This document shows positions 27,171 to 41,090 of a stretch of DNA of 64,000 nucleotides, piece by piece. The position numbers and the translations under genes are program-made. The stretch lies in NCBI RefSeq assembly GCF_009914755.1, contig NC_060944.1. One strand, 5' to 3'. The DNA comes from the human T2T-CHM13v2.0 reference genome, Homo sapiens. Position 1 is the first letter of the stretch. Each line of letters begins with the position of its first letter. The notes beneath the pieces are model-generated. The model was not told the DNA's origin. It was given only the letters and a program-made list of their open reading frames with translations, and ran no database searches.

Positions 27171-27499
27171 ATTATTTATTTATTTTTTGTTTCTGTTTTT
27201 CTTTTTCCACCCACCCCACCCTCTGGCTGTGGTCCTATTGATCTTACTGTCTAATTCATAGAAATCCTGAATCCTGTAAAGTGATCTTGTATTTCAGACT
27301 CTAATGTAAGTGAACTTCATCATGCACGTTGTAAAGCAAAGAAAATATGATCTCATGTGGCATTATCTGTATTTCTTGCCACGATTAGTTTATGGTTCAC
27401 AGAATATTTTAAAGAACACCTTGTTGCTTTTTTTTTTTTTTTTTTAATCAGTCTCCCTTGTCCAGGAAAGGAGAGGGTTTTACCTCTTTCATTTGTCCT

Positions 27500-30400
27500 T
27501 CAAATAAGTTTCCTTCAAGGTCCTAGTCTTCTGTTCTGAATACTTTCTGTACCCTCCCAGGGTAATCTTACTCACACCATGGATTAATTACTGCACATAG
27601 ATTTGATGACTCTTTCAAAATTTTCCCTATTGGTGACTTCATTATTGGGCTTCAGACATAAAAGTTCAAGCTGGACATCACGCCGTGTTCCACAGGCATC
27701 TCAGGTTCAATCAGAACTCAACCCTTCGCACCCCCGCCTTTCTTACCAGTCTTTCTGCCTCTGATATTGTTTCTCTCTTCCTTCTGCTCCCCCATCCCTG
27801 TTACTGTCCAACACACTGTGGCAAGCATAATCTTTCTTATACACAAAAGTCAGCCTGTCTTCTGTTTTGCTGCTGCCCCTCTTCTTACTCTTTATATTCT
27901 AGCAGTACCATGCTCCACTTCCCTAAATGTCCCATGCTTAACGCCTGTCTTTGCATGTGCTCTTGTTTCCTTCTGCATGAAATACCCTCTCCCTCTTTGC
28001 GTATCCAAGAAAAACATCCCCTGCAGCTTGGTTCAGGCATCATCTCCTTTTTAAGTCCTCCCTGACTCAGACATGGTCAGCCCTCCTTCCTGCGTTCACT
28101 CTGCTTTGTATATACCTCCACCGTAGGACTTAGCTTTTCTCAGTCTGCCCATTCTCTGCATGTCTGTCTCCCCTGTGGACCAGACTCCTTGGAAGCAATG
28201 AGCTGTGCCTTGTCTCTGCATCCTGGACTTAATATCTGGCACCTGCTAGGTACCTCATAAATATTTGATGAGGGAACAAATGAACAAAGAAAATCATACT
28301 CAGAATCTGTGTTTATAGCAAAAGTGTTTTTGCATAATAAAGAAGAATAAGCTAATTAAAACTACAACAGAAAACGTTTTCTCCCACATCAGAAGGCTCA
28401 CTGTTAGCAGAATAGGGAGCAGTGGATGACTCTCCACCATTTCCCACAACCCCCCAGTTTTATAGAGGCTAGCATTCACATTGGTTCTGGCGTGATCGAC
28501 AGCCTGATGAACCCAGACAAGACTAAGATAAACTACTTGTCCTCCAGTAGAATAAATATTTCAAATAAAGTCAACCCAAGAAAGGCAGGCCAAACAGCTA
28601 TTGATTTCTAAAAGCCTGAACTCAAGCCCAGTGAATATTCCAAAGTTCACCTCCATGCTGCTTGCCTAAGTGGTGATCAATATGCAATTACTGCCCCCTC
28701 TAAACATGTCTTACACTGCCTACCTCAAGAAGGATTTTACTTTTAAAATCTTTTGTTTGTTGAATTTGCTTAGGCAGGAAAAAAAAAGAGAGGCTTGGCT
28801 ACACCAGAGTCTTTTGAATTGTATTTCAAACAGTTCTGTGTTATTTGTGAAATGGTTTGAGCGTATGCTGAATGGTAACTGAAGGTGCCCTATTTTATGA
28901 CCGCCATTCATTTCAAGAGGCCTTTTCCTGAGTGACTAAACAATACAGATATTATATCTCAATGTCCTAAATTTTGCTCACATGGTTATCTGTCCTAGTC
29001 ATGACTTTTATAAATTCAAGCTTGTAAGATGCTGAAGTCCAGCTGCAGTGAAAACAAGTCTCTGTTAGAATTTTCATCTTAATACAAAAAATCCCTTCGT
29101 ACTGAATTTGGAGCCTTGTTTACCTGGCTCCTCATATTTAAGATTTCATGCTTCTCTCAAATAGGCCTTTTTCATACCATTGCTGTAGTCAGAACCTTTG
29201 GTCATTTCTCATTTTTGTTGTTGCCAGAGTCTCCTAACTGTCCTCCCTTACCCCCAAGCGGTGTCATTCCCGTCCCTTCTTCACATTGCTGCCAGATTAA
29301 GCCTTCTAAAATGTATCTGTCCAGGGCCCTCCCTTGTTTGAAATTCTCATGCCTTCTCGACATCTACAGGATGGAGCCTGGGTTCCCTGACAGCACGTGT
29401 GGAGCCTGTCATGACCGTGTTCCTCGCCGCCTCTCCTCAGTCATCTTCCACCACTGGCCATTCGGAACTACCTCTAGTTCCCTGGCTGGCACGCTCCTAC
29501 AGGCTGCACACACCTTTGCACATGCTGTACAGCCACCACTCCCAACAGTGTCCTTGCTCTTCGTTCTCTGCCTGGCAAATACTCATTCCTTAGACTCGGT
29601 GCAGAAGTCACCTGCCATTTGACACCTTCACTGACTTCTCCCAAGGCAAATTATCTCCTCTTCTCATCATCTTGGACTTAATTTCCATTGCTTCAGACTT
29701 TTGAAAGCATTTTTATTTACCTCTTCTTACATTGCTTAAAGACAAGGACCTTATAACTCCTAGCAGCTAGCATAATGTCTGCTGCATAAAGACATATGCT
29801 CAATAGTATATGCCTTTTTTTCTTTGAAACTCAGTAGTTGGATTGATGGGCATTTGTGAATCTTTGTATTGTTTGATTGATCCACAAGGGAAATAAAGAT
29901 AGGAATAGGTTAGCATGAAGTAGGATGGCCAACGCTCTCTCTTTGCCCAGGATTGAGAAGTCTGGGATGTGTTACTTTCAGTGGAACAGTCCTAAGTAAA
30001 CCAGGATGGCCTGTAGCTCCAAGGGGCACTATCAGCAAGCTTTGTACCTACTCACCTTTCCTCCACTATTGGGACCCAGTCCTGGCTGGCTAGTCTGACC
30101 CAGGATAGCACTCTTTGTGACCAGTAGCACTTTAATAGTGCAGGGTTTTAATAGTGTTGTGTCTGCAAAAGACTGTCCAAAGGGGATATTATTTCTGATT
30201 CCTTTTCTTTGGCTTTCACATGAGAAATTGGATGAAAGGCTCTGGGTTGTTACCCTGTTTTTGATGAATACTGCCTTCTCTTGCAAGACCAGTCACCTCT
30301 CTCCAGCTGTTTATTTCTCCCTTGTTTATCTTTGGTCTCCACATCACCATTAGCTTTTCTTAAAAGTAGTAGTTTAAATCTTGACCCGGCTTCCCTCTCT

Positions 30401-31260
30401 TGGGGTTCCTCCTCCAGGCTTTACTAAGGCGTAACCTACACTCACCCTTCTTACTTTCTCACCTCCTTTTACTTTTCACTCCACTTCTGCCCTACCACTG
30501 CTCTCTGGAAGGTTGCTAGTGGCTTCCTGATGGTGAAATCTGGTGGCCGTTTATTTTGCTTTTTTGACAGACTGGAATCTCTTCAGAAACTGTCTCCTTC
30601 CTCTAACTAAAGTATTCCCTGCTTGTGTGCCCACTGTACTTATTATTTTGTTACCTAGTTTTTTGTTCATTTATTTTAAATATTTACATGTATATTATTC
30701 TTTCCCCACACTCTCCCAAATACATGTAATTTGTCTCTCTCACTTTAATGTAACACATGGCAATCTCAGAACCAACATGTTGAATTGCATCCACTTTACT
30801 CCTGGAATCACTTCTTCACTTGGATGCCTTGTGGCCTTTGATACAGCCCATGTTTCCCTCCCTGATCGAAGCTAGGAACACTCTGCTCCTTGGCGTACCT
30901 CAAACACACCAGTCGCCTGTCTACAGTTCATTTCTATTTCAGGACCTCTGTGCTTGCTGTTCCTCCTGTCTTGAATGTTGTTTTGCCCCTAAAATTTACA
31001 TGACTGATTCATCTTATCACTCAGTTCTCAACACAATGTTACTCCTTAGGAGGCTTTCCTTAATAACTGAATCTAAGAGATCCACGCCAGTCATTCCTTC
31101 ACATGTCCTCGTTTTACTTCCTTGACACTAACCATTATCAGGTATCTCAATTTCTCTTTGTCTCCTGCCTTGAGAATGTAAATTGCTTGAGAACTGGGAC
31201 GCAATCTTTCCCAATCATGTGAGAGTTATCCAGTAAATATTTGTAGATTGAATAATACAT
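27500..31260 (+). mobile_element. Cluster of degenerate L2 fragments (about 27500-28290, 29100-29820, 30400-31260)
   Basis: L2 3'-end signatures ('atctggcacctgctaggtacctcataaatatttgatga', 'ccagtaaatatttgtagattgaat') and pyrimidine-rich L2 body; interspersed with unique sequence. Confidence 0.55.
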
Positions 31261-31734
31261 GGGGAAAATTATATGCTGATTTATACTTTTCTCTGATCCT
31301 TTCATATTACTTTGGTCTCCCCAGATTTAGCTTTTTTTTTTGGAAGCAGAACCCATTTCTTACTGTTTTCTCTTGTGTCTACCACAGTGCTAAGTAGTTG
31401 CCCAGTAAATATTGCATATTGGTTTGGTTGGTTTATTTACCAGCTGTAGCAAGATAGGAAATGACTGACTTGCTTCTCTCTACTTCAGAGTATTTAAAAG
31501 AATAATTTAAGATTGTAGAAAAATTATGCTCCCTAGGGAAGTATCTGCAAGAATAGCAGCCAGTGGCACTATTATTCTATGACCTTTTGCTTCAAGAGGG
31601 AAAAACACCTTTATTTTTTTTCTTGAAAATAGTTTATGTTTTTTAATTCTATGTTCATTATGGAAAAATGAGAAACTGAGATATAGAAAAAGGAAAAATA
31701 AGATGCAGAAAAAGCATCTGACACAGCCCAACAT

Positions 31735-32610
31735 TCTTTCATACCAATAGTTCAACTAGGAATAGAAGAGAACTTCTTCAACCATTGATAAAGAGCTTCT
31801 ACAAAAAACCCATAACTAATGTCATACTTCATGGTGAAAGAGTGGATGTTTCCCCCCTAAGACAAGGACTAGGATTTTCACTCTCATCACTGCTATTGGG
31901 CATTGTCCTAGAGGTTCTAGCCAGGGCGATTAGGCAATAAAATGAAATAAGAAGCATCTATATTAGAAAGGAAGAAGTAAAACTATCTGTTTGCAGATAA
32001 CATAGTTTATATAGAAAATCCTAAGGAATCTACTAAAAGATTATTAGAACTAGCAAACGAGTTTAGCAAGGTTGCAGGAAATAAAACCAATTGTATTTCT
32101 ATACGCTTGGAGTGAGCAATCCAAAAATGAAACTAAGGAAACAATGTTGATAGCAGCATTATTCATAATAGCCAAAGGGTGGAAACAAACCAAATGTCCT
32201 TCAACTGATAAATGGACCAATTGTGGCATGTGTTATTCAGCAATAAAAAGGAATGAAGTACTGATATGTGCTACAACATGGATGAACCTTGAAAACATTG
32301 CCAAGTGAAAGAAGCCAGTCATAAGAGAACACATAATATATGGTATCTACTTACATGAAATGTCTAGAATAGGCAAATCTATAAGAAAGAACATAGATCA
32401 GTGGTTGCTTAGGGCCAGGATGGGATGAAGAGGGTAGGGGGTGTTAAGAGTATGTAGTTTCTTCTCAGGGCAATGAAAATGTTTTATAATTGACTGTGGT
32501 GGTAGCTGACATATCTGTGAATATTCTAAAACCCATTGAGTTGTACATTTTAACTGGTAGAAATTGTATAGTATGCGAATTGTCTCAATAAAGCTGTTAA
32601 AAAGAAAGAA
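31735..32610 (+). mobile_element. Sense-oriented L1MB/MC fragment with internal deletion and intact 3' end
   Basis: ORF2-like 'ggaatagaagagaacttcttcaac...ctagaggttctagccagggcgattaggcaa', abrupt jump at ~32145 to 'atagcagcattattcataatagcc', end 'gaattgtctcaataaagctgttaaaaaga'. Confidence 0.85.
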
Positions 32611-32939
32611 AAATGAATAATGAAATGTCTATAATCTCAACACCCCGAAATAATCTCTTATAATTTTAGTCTCTTTCTTTCCAGTCACTTTTAATGTACA
32701 TTTTTCATGTGTAATTGTGGTAATGCTTCATAAAGAATTTTGAGTATTGCCTTTTGTGTTTATCATTCTGACTGTAAGAATTTGTCCACCCTATTGTAGA
32801 CGTCTTCTCCTAATTGTTAACAAGTATGTAATATTTCCATTTAGATGTATAATGTGTACGGCAGCAAATACCCTTTTTTTTTTTTAAGCTCTATAATTTC
32901 CCCATGAAATACCTTATCTGAAACCTCTTTTGTTCACAG

Positions 32940-33121
32940 GGAAAAGAAGATCTCCCGGAGCAGTGCCCTGAAAGTGCTGGACCATGCCATGATTGGCCCC
33001 GAAGGCACAGACAACTGCCATAAGTTTGTTGACATTCTTGGCTTACGAACCATCTTTCCCCTCTTTATGAAATCTCCCAGGAAGATCAAGAAAGTGGGAA
33101 CCACTGAGAAGGAACATGAAG
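32940..33121 (+). CDS. CTNNBL1: CTNNBL1 internal coding exon (probably exon 11), 182 nt, (R)EKKISRSSALKVLDHAMIGPEGTDNCHKFVDILGLRTIFPLFMKSPRKIKKVGTTEKEHE+G
   Basis: ttcacag| acceptor, AAG|gtaggg donor at 33122; phase 2 in (AG+G=Arg) matches the previous exon; overlaps ORF 32974..33192. Confidence 0.97.
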
Positions 33122-35440
33122 GTAGGGTTCACTGGAGGAGTCAGCCTAATTTAGGTGCATTAGGAGAAATAGGGAAATGTGAACTACTTTGAAAAATTCT
33201 GACGTGTTTGGGGGATAGAGGGGAAGAGTGCTACCTTTTTCTTACTATTTTCTTATTTTTCATGAATGAAAAAGAGACCCCAGGTCACTGATAGCCTTTG
33301 TTGCACCAGTTCTCTGCTTGTTTGAATCCTGGTCATTCCATTTCCTTCTGGACTGTTAATAAGTCTGTGTGTGAGGGTTTTGTTTTCTTCACTATAATTT
33401 GTAGCGAGGTGTCTCTCTGATGGAAGACCCTTTTGAAAAGAGTAATGAGGTGGCAACACATGTCACCTCCAGAGTGGTGCTTTCATGTATTTCTGTACTA
33501 AAGTATGATTCAGCCAACATCAGGAATTGCCGAAATAAACTATTTATAGCCCAGATTCCCCTTTTATGTTTCTCCTCCCTGATGGTGCACGCTCCCAGCA
33601 AAATGCTGCCATGAATTGTGACGCTGTAACCAGAGTAGTTACTGCTAGGCCAGTCTCTTCCTGCTGTTGTCTAGTGGCCTGCTGCAGCCCTCTCCCCAGT
33701 AAATAGCCACAGTGCAATCTGGAAGGCCAGGGATTTATGAGCATTGACAGTTCTGCTGGAGGCTGGCAGACACTTGCACCAGGGAATTTACATGGTTGGA
33801 TGGTTATTTTAAAGTGTGGGGAGCGGGTGGAGAGGAGTGGGGAGGTAGTGTGTTGAGAGAGGAGCAGAAGCTGAGCTGACTGGCTCATTTGGCTGTTTTC
33901 TCAGAAGCAATGTTCGTCCCATGGTTTAGGAGGCTTTTTTTTTTGTCAGTGCTTGGTGGAATTGGCATGGGTATCTGCAGGATCTTTTGCATTCCTCATC
34001 CTCATAGACGAAAGTTTGAGAACTCCCGCCTCTCTCTTTTCCAGTTGACTTGGCTTAGTCTCTCCCAACTTGGAGTGGCTAAAGGGAAGGTGGTGTGACC
34101 TACCTTCAGTGGTTATCTTCAGTGATATCTTCTCTATCAAATCAACTCTCCAGAGACAACAGGAAATCTGGCTGGAGCAAAAGAGGAACTGGCCTTGCAA
34201 ATACTGTGGCCTAGAGACCTGAGAACAAGTAGAGACTTCAGTTTAACTCATTTTGACCAAACACTAGCTATAAATATGTTAACCCCGTGCTAGATTTTCC
34301 CCACTGAAAATTCAGCAAAATGAGTCCCTGGGAGAGGGAATGGAGGGGGTCCTGGAGGTCTAGGAGATAAACTTTTCAGACAGTCAACATTTAGTGAAAG
34401 CCTGCCACTTTCCTGGCCCGGCTGCACTATTCGCTATCATATTTAAAACTCACAACCTATGAAGTATTGGTGGCATCCTTATTTTTTTTTTTAGAGGAGA
34501 TGAACTGGGAAGGCAGCCGAGCTGTGGGTTCTACAGCTAACTAGGTGTGCGACTTTGGAACCTTGGCTTAACTTCCCTTCACTGCATTTTCCTTTCTGGT
34601 CTGTAAGATGAGGGAAGTGGACTAGTGAACTAGAAGCTCTGATAGCCACACCTTCAGATTCTCAGGAACAAGCCCTGGTTGTCAGGGTTGCCTGTGAGCC
34701 AGGAAGCTCCTCAGGGTGGATGCTGTGGCTGACCTGCTGGGTTCCACTGAGAGACCTGAGGCTGCATCTTGAGTGTGCTGGAACAGAGTGTGAAGGAAAA
34801 CAGCCCTTAGCAGGCTCCTGCTCTGCGGTCATGGCACTGAGAAGAGGAGGAAGTGACAGATTCAGTGAGCAGCTGCTTTTCTTCTGAAAAATGTGCCCGG
34901 TGGCGTGCTGGTAACAGTCCATTTGCTTTAGAGTAACCGCATTAGGCATGTGATAACATTATGTTAGTGAGGGCAATGGCTTGGTAAGACGTCTCCTAGA
35001 AGGCATGTTCAGGCTGTAATGGCTGGGGAGGATGAGCTCTGCATCCTGAGCGGACCAGTACCCAGAGAGCAGAAGTGAACTCCAAGGAGAAAGCACAGCC
35101 CTCCACTCCTGCCACCCCTGCCAGCTGCTGCCACTCCTACAAACCGGCCTTCGGCCATGAATGGCAGAGTGAGAATGGAGGCAGAGCAGAGCAGTGCGCA
35201 CTGTGCAGGGTTTCTTTGTCCTGTCCTCTGGGTAAGACTGTGCTCTTTGTTGGCCTCCGAGTGCCAGCCCTTCTCACGTAAGTGGGCCAGATTTGTGTGC
35301 TAAGCTAGAGCACAGTGGCCTCAGACCATCAGGAATACTGGTGGGCATGCCCAGCTCATTCCTGCCCCCGGGCTTCCAGCATGCTCTTCCCTCCATGTGC
35401 AGTGATTTTTCTCCACCCTGTCTGCCTGGCTATCTTTTAG

Positions 35441-35776
<336 letters not shown>

Positions 35777-36476
35777 TAGTTTTGATGTCTCTTTCTCAGG
35801 GAAGCATGTCATGAACCCGTAGACTAGGATAGAATCTTCTGTTCAGTGGACTCTTGGTCTCAGGACTCTGCCTTCATAGCCCTTGAAATTATGGAACCAA
35901 TGGCCTTGTCCCCTCTAGATCCCATTGCCTGGTCCCGTGGTGCTTGGCATGTGATAGATGCACAGTAAATGTTTCTTGACTGTGTGAATGAACAACCATT
36001 TCCCTGAAAGGCTCATTGAGGACAAACATGGGTTTGGGGCTTTCCTCAGAAACCTACAAGGTTGAAGTCAATACAGTTGATTTCAGTTCAGATTGATGGT
36101 TGTCAGTCAGTCATACACCTAGAGTGAAGGGTCTTTCATCCAGCTTGTTTGGATGCTAAAATGAGTGGGTTGCTAGCCCTAAGTTTTAACTCTGTCACAT
36201 TGGCTTGGAGATTATGGCAGAACCCCCACTTTAGAGCCACACCCTTAAGAGCTTTGCTGTACACTGACCTTCCCTATAGGCAAGGCCACCCTGTGACAAG
36301 CACCTAGGGGTAGCCCAGCTCCTAGGTGGAACACTGAGGCCTGGGAATCAGCTCGCCAGTCCAGAAGCTCTAGAGAGCTACCCCACACTCTTCCCTTTCT
36401 TTCTTGTGAAGCTTCAGCGCTTGTCACTGTTGTCCACAAGAGCACCAGGATGGCTAACTAGTAGAAAGGAGAGGTT

Positions 36477-37088
36477 TGTTGATGATACAAGTTTGTAAAC
36501 TAGAAAGAGACAGTCTGTGGCGTGTACTAAAGGTGATCTGTCTTCAAAAAACGAAAGGGCAGGTTGGGTTTTAGGCCTCACAAGGTCTGTATTAGACAAA
36601 AGAGTCATACACATTCAGCAGGTTTTGGGGGAAAGCTACACATATTTATGAGGGGAGTCAAGTGCATGCGCAATGGGTAAACATATGTAACACATTCCAT
36701 GTTCACTCTGGGGCAGGGTTTTAGCATTAAAATGAGGTAGGATTTGGCTCTTTATATCAAAAGGTGAACTGTAAGACACAAAGTTTGTGTATAGTCTCTC
36801 TGAGCTTGTTGAAACTGTCTGGAAGTCTGCAGTTGCTTATCAGAAAATAATGTTTGCAAGGCCAATCATCTGTCCAATCAGAGTTAGGAGGGGTCTGATA
36901 ATTTGCCTGATATTGTTAGGGAGTTTCACAAGAGTGTGTTTTTTTCTTGTAGCCATGGGAATTCAGGGAGTTGCTATGCCAGCTGAGCCCTGAACCCTCC
37001 ACCTGTAGGTGACATTTATTTCCTTAACCTTAGGGTCCATCTTATTTGATAAAGGGGCATCTATTTTGGTCCCTCAGATGATATCACA
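36477..37088 (-). mobile_element. MER39-family ERV1 solo LTR
   Basis: Reverse complement of the end reads TGTGAT..CTGAGGGACCAAAATAGATGCCCCTTTATCAAATAAGATGGACCCTAAGGTTAAGGAAA, matching the remembered MER39 5' end; ~610 bp. Confidence 0.75.
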
Positions 37089-40000
37089 CATCCTGGTTTG
37101 CCTCTTTAAGTCCATCCTGGTCCCGTCATAGCCCCTGTCACCTCTTAGGGCCTTCCCCTGACTCCCAAAGTCGCAGTGCAGCCTGAGGTGGTACAGATGG
37201 ATCTGCTGCTTATCAGTTGTGCCATTTTGGGCAAGTTCCTAAGCTCCCTGGGCCGCACTTGTCCTATCTGTAAAATAATGAGGCTAGAATCTACCATGAA
37301 GGGTGTTTGCAAGAGTCAGATGAGATGACATGTAGATGCTTAGCATAGACCCCAGAATAAAGCAGGCACCATAAGAGACCTTAAACTGTCTCCACCTCTG
37401 CCCACCCTGGCTTTAGTCACACATACCCATGGGGATGGCCAGGCAGAGAAAATGCCCACACCTCTACTGTGGGAGGGCCAGGAGAGGGTAGGTTGGTTTT
37501 ACTGGCCTGTGGTCTAATTGCTCCATGATAACTGTGGGCAAATGGGCAAATCCATTCTTGATGGGAATGTCAGGAGTCAAGCTATGCTAAGTAGTGAGTG
37601 ACATAAAAACAGCTGTGTTCCCAAGTCAACAGAAGGGCTTGAGAGATGGGAGTTTCTAGATTAAGGTGACTCTAAAGAGGGGAGTAAAAGCAAAACTGCC
37701 CTTACAACCTAGAATGCTGGTAATTTAGTTCCTCTTTTGTGACTTGGGGTGGGGAAGGAAAAGAATTATTATAATTGAAATCCATTTAGGTTTGCATAAT
37801 AAAACCTTCAGAAATAGATCAGGGGAGGCACTAAGCTTGTGGGATGGGTTGGAAAGAAATGATTTGCCCTTGGGTGCACTAGCATGATTGGCTGCCTCCT
37901 TGGTTTTAAAAGAATAGCACAGTATATATTGTCTCCTTGGTATTAACTGCTTCAGAATAGGAGGGAAGAAGAAAAGAGGTGGGATCCAGAAATGGCATCC
38001 GACCTTTACTTCTTGTCTCTTTTAAAAATTCTCATTAATATAGGTCCAGTTTTCCTCGTATTGCTTCATTAGGTATGTGAGTTATTGAGTTTGTAGCAGT
38101 TCTAGTTAATTGCGCTGTTTTAACACAGTTCCCCTGGAGGCTGTTAAGAGCTTTAAGAGGGTGAGCCACCGAGCAGCATGTAGGTGTGTGGTGTGCACAC
38201 TAGGTATATACACGCATTTTTACCTTTTCAGCAGTGACAGCAGTTGGTAATAGGTCAGTGCTTTAAAGAATACTTTTCTGTCATCAGCAAAGAATTGTAA
38301 GTGATTCCAGTGGACTCCACATATCAGGAAGCATACGGCTGCCTTGTGTATCTTCCTAACAGTGAGGAAATCGGGTCAGAGCTCCCACGCCGCCTCCTAG
38401 GATTAGAAGAAGGAAATGGCAGAACCTTTCCTGCAGTCAGAAAAGAAGGGAGCTTAGCCAACACAGACAAAAAGAAACATTTTTAAAAGTCTTCGTGCTG
38501 GGCTGTAATGACATGGCATTGTTTGAGGCCAGCTTTTACTGGGGCTCCTGCTATGTTCAAAATATAACAAAGACCTAGTATGTGACAGATCCAGTGGAGA
38601 CAAGGAACAGAATACAATGCTTGTCCTGGGGGAGACTGCTCTTCCTAGTATTCCATCTCCAGATACTTTTCCTCTGCCTGGCCCTCAGGCATTCGTTTTT
38701 GAATAGATTGGCAGTGTCTTCCCCTAGTTCCCCTTTTTTCCTTCCATGCATTCTCCTTGGGTGATCTCATCTACTCCTGCAGCTTTAACCTTCATCTATC
38801 TGTGGTTGACTCCCAGATCTTCAGTCTAGTTCTCACTCCCTACCTCTGGTTGACACAGCTAATAATCAGCAGACAGCACCAGATATTCAAACTCAGCTTG
38901 TTCAAAACCATATCCATTCCTTCACTGCTGTCATCTTTTCTGCTTGGTAAATGGCACCAGCCTCCTCCCCACCACCCACTGTGGAAATCAACATGCCATG
39001 CTTAACTCTAATATTCCCCACGTGTAATTGATCATCAGCCCTATGAATTCACCTTAGAAAATCTCTTGAACCAGTCCTTTTCATTGCCACTGTCTCTGCC
39101 CTCATCATCTCTCCTGAACTTCACTGCAACCTTAATAAGTCTCTGCTTTAGTCTCCCAATTCTCATGTCCTCTCAAAGTTACCACCAAGGTAGGAGAGAC
39201 TCCCAGCCCTCAGCAAATTTACAGTTTGAAGAAGTAGGAAAATAGACATGGGGGAAAAAGCAATTTTATAGATATTTACCACAAAACTATATTACAATTA
39301 CAAAGACATACTAGACAAGAATATTTCATTGTTAAAGGGAACACAAGAACAGAAATGCTTACAGAGGAAGACACTTCTGGTGGGAGGGAGATTATGGTAC
39401 AGACTGAAACAAAAGGCATTAGAATTTCAGCCAATATGTTCATTTGTTACTCCCTATATTCAGCATCTGTAGGAGAGTCTTTACACATCCAATCATGTTT
39501 GAGCCTTACAACAGCCCCTCAAGCTTGGTGTTATTTCTCATTCTGAAGATGGGGTCATTGTGAGGCTCATTGAAATCATGGCTTTAGGTCATACAGTGGG
39601 TAATTGGCTAAACTGAGAGTCAGACCCTTCCTCAGCTCCTGATCACACGTGTCACACTCATTTCACAAAGTCATTGCCATTGTTATTTGTTGTCCTGGGT
39701 CCAGACTAGCCTGCTCTTCTCTGAATTGCTGATAGTCAAGAGTTCTTGATCAGAAGACCTTGGTGCTTTGACAGGTCATCATAGTGGTAGGGACTCTTAC
39801 CATTTCAAATTATAGAAGTTATTAGGGACAGATGGCAAAACAACTTGATGAAATTGTTGTTTGGCATTTGTACTGCCTATCATAGTGCTTGGTGCATGGT
39901 AGGTGCTCAGTAAATATTGAGTGAATGAATAAATGAATTTATTTAACATCTTTATATCATGTACTGGCTATAATCAACATGAGACACATGCTGGTCATTA

Positions 40001-40190
40001 AGAGCATTATGAAAGAGTGTTGTTAATGAGTTAACCAATTTATGGTTGTACCATAAGGCTGCTCAGCATCTGTCCTGTAGTAGTTTTCAATACATGGTTT
40101 TTTTTTTATCTTTAAGATCAAAATTAATACTTACCTTCTTGGGTAAGAATTAATTGAAGTAACTCATGCAAATCTAACACAGTGTCGGGG

Positions 40191-40612
40191 GTATCTTAGT
40201 CCATTTTGTGTTGCTATAACAGAATACCTGAGACTACATAATGTATAAAGAAAAGTAGTTCATTTGGCTCACAATTCTGGAGGCTGAGAAGTCCAAGATC
40301 AGGCAGCCCATCTGGTGAGGGACTCATGCTGTGTCAACTCACGGTGGAAGGCAAAAAGGGAAGAGATCGTGTGCAGAGAGAAAACACAAGAGACAGCCTT
40401 GCTTTATAACAACCTTCTCGCAGTAACTAATCTAGTCCAGCAAGAGCAAGACTTGCTTCATTCCCACCAGACTACATTAATCCCTTTGTGAGGGTGGATC
40501 TCGCATAGCCCAGGTGCCTTGTAAAGGTCTCACCACCTCTCAACACCATAACATTGTCAGTTAAATTTCAACATGAGTTTTGGTGGGGATAAACCACATC
40601 TAGACCATAATA
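40191..40612 (-). mobile_element. MST-family (MaLR) solo LTR
   Basis: 'tcttagtccattttgtgttgctataacagaatacctgagact...ggctcacaattctggaggctgagaagtccaagatc...aaatttcaacatgagttttgg...accata'. Confidence 0.85.
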
Positions 40613-40869
40613 GGTGGGTTGATAAATGTTGGTTTAGATCATTTTAATACTGACTCCAGACTTCACACTATAATAAATGTTCATTAGTGGTTGAAGAAGC
40701 CCAGAGAAAGGAGTATCCTTAGGGATTCTGGGAAGGCTTAAGAGATGAGATAACATTTGAGTACTCTTCGAAGGATACATAGTATTTAATTATTATGCCA
40801 GTGAAGGAAATGGCAGAGGGGACAGTGGGCACTAGGCATGTATAGCTAGTTATTGTGATATGGATGATG

Positions 40870-41090
40870 AAGAACATGAGTTTTGGATTAAGACAGGACT
40901 TAGGTTGGTCTCCTGGTTCTGTCATTTACCAGCTTTGTGACTTTGGAAAAGTTGCTTAGCCTTTTTGAGCCTGTAATTTCTTCTGTTGTAAAATTGAGAT
41001 ACTCTTAGAATCTATCTCATAAGGGTAACAAGTGAAGATTAAATGAAATAATACAGAAATCAAGTGCTTAGCACAGACCCTGTTTCATTA
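40870..41090 (+). mobile_element. MIR SINE
   Basis: 'atttaccagctttgtgactttggaaaagttgcttagcc...tgtaaaattgagata...gattaaatgaaataata...gtgcttagcacag'. Confidence 0.75.

Noticed and set aside
29116-29622. 168-aa ORF
   Set aside because: Lies in pyrimidine-rich L2 remnant; non-ATG start, no recognisable domain, no fitting splice structure.
40126-40150. Another minus-strand near-perfect donor (atacttacctt)
   Set aside because: Falls in a MIR-like remnant whose consensus has a similar motif; no partner acceptor noted.
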